Below are positions 52,762-53,423 of a stretch of 53,423 nt of DNA, one piece after another. The DNA is from Intoshia linei (taxonomy: Eukaryota; Animalia; Orthonectida). The notes beneath the pieces were generated by a model that was not told the origin of the DNA, did not search any database, and worked only from the letters and a program-made list of their open reading frames with translations. A program made the position numbers and the translations under genes. Each line of letters begins with the position of its first letter. Within the stretch, counting starts at the first letter, position 1. The DNA lies in contig LWCA01000112.1 in NCBI GenBank assembly GCA_001642005.1, forward strand, positions 1 through 53,423, given 5' to 3'.

Positions 52762-53423
52762 CAAGGATGATACCAGCAATGCTGGTACCAAAATTATTAC
52801 CAGCATAGCTGTTTTATTATCAGCAAAATTAATCAATTTTTTAAATACGATTAGATTTTGATGTATAATCACAATTTTAATTGATTTAGAATAAAATCTC
52901 TTATTATCATTTTATATTATCGTTTAACAGCATGAATTCACTAGAACACTTTAAAAAAGACGGAGTTAATTACATGCAATGTTTAGTATGCTCAAAAAGA
53001 ATCAAATACATAAATTCTCATTAACATATGGCGTCATTGAGGAACCATTTAAAAATACCAATAGTGACTTTGACAATGTTTCTGTCACGCCAAAAATAAC
53101 GAGTATTTTAGCAATTAAAAACGATGAAAAATTTCCAAATTTGTGCATTGCAAATCAAGATTTATAATACCTGAAAGAGTTAAAACTTTATCGTTAAAAA
53201 TTAAATATGAAACTATACTTTAAATCTGAGCTAATATCCATAATGCTTGATTCGTGGAAAAACCCAGTCAACTCAGTCAGATATGTATGTGTCATGTTAT
53301 ATATCGACAAAAAAGTATTTTATTGGAGTAACGTCGAAATGGAAGAACCGAGTGGTGACAAATTGTACAAGCATTTGAATACAATAATACTGGAACTACA
53401 GAATTGTGGGGCTAAAGTTCTTT
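52762..53423 (+). pseudogene. decayed hAT transposase (BED finger plus start of DDE domain), runs off the window
   Basis: Frameshifted YMQCLVCSKRIKYINSH (BED-like), ELISIMLDSWKNPVNSVRYVCVML (first catalytic D, D-x-W motif) and SGDKLYKHLNTIILELQNCGAKV. Confidence 0.65.

Noticed and set aside
1-53423. CRISPR-like, operon or other prokaryotic system suggested by the many spaced repeats
   Set aside because: The DNA is eukaryotic with spliced genes. The repeats are dispersed TEs or degenerate minisatellites, with no constant repeat-spacer array and no cas genes.
1-53423. tRNA, rRNA, snoRNA or spliced-leader genes
   Set aside because: No convincing cloverleaf, paired C/D boxes with a terminal stem, or Sm-site hairpin was found by eye. 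An Infernal/tRNAscan run would be needed to exclude them.

Overview
Very AT-rich (roughly 75-80% AT by eye) eukaryotic, metazoan-type genomic DNA. Most GT-AG introns are tiny (about 35-60 bp), and the few long introns are filled with transposon debris. This pattern suggests a compact, fast-evolving invertebrate parasite genome such as an orthonectid, but that is an inference only. Spliced genes reconstructed by hand, in order: (1) the 5' two exons of an SLC5 sodium/solute symporter paralog (-); (2) a complete SLC5A (SMVT/SMCT-like) symporter (-); (3) adenylate kinase 7 (+); (4) a large alpha-neurexin-like LamG/EGF type-I membrane protein (-); (5) MCM5 (-); (6) an RPS27A fusion whose ubiquitin moiety has degenerated into a divergent ubiquitin-like domain (-); (7) UTP25/DIEXF (+), head-to-head with RPS27A; and (8) a decayed hAT transposase at the right edge. 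Introns and spacers hold non-autonomous Helitrons, several hAT MITE families with 8-bp TSDs (including a three-level nest), Tc1/mariner and piggyBac-type elements, and a probable L1/Tx1 RT relic. The most unusual signal is that the neurexin-like transmembrane exon splices in frame into a 635-codon exon and then a last exon. This gives a ~720-aa cytoplasmic tail ending in a WD40/beta-propeller-like domain instead of the usual ~55-aa PDZ-binding tail. All models are manual and unverified by database search.
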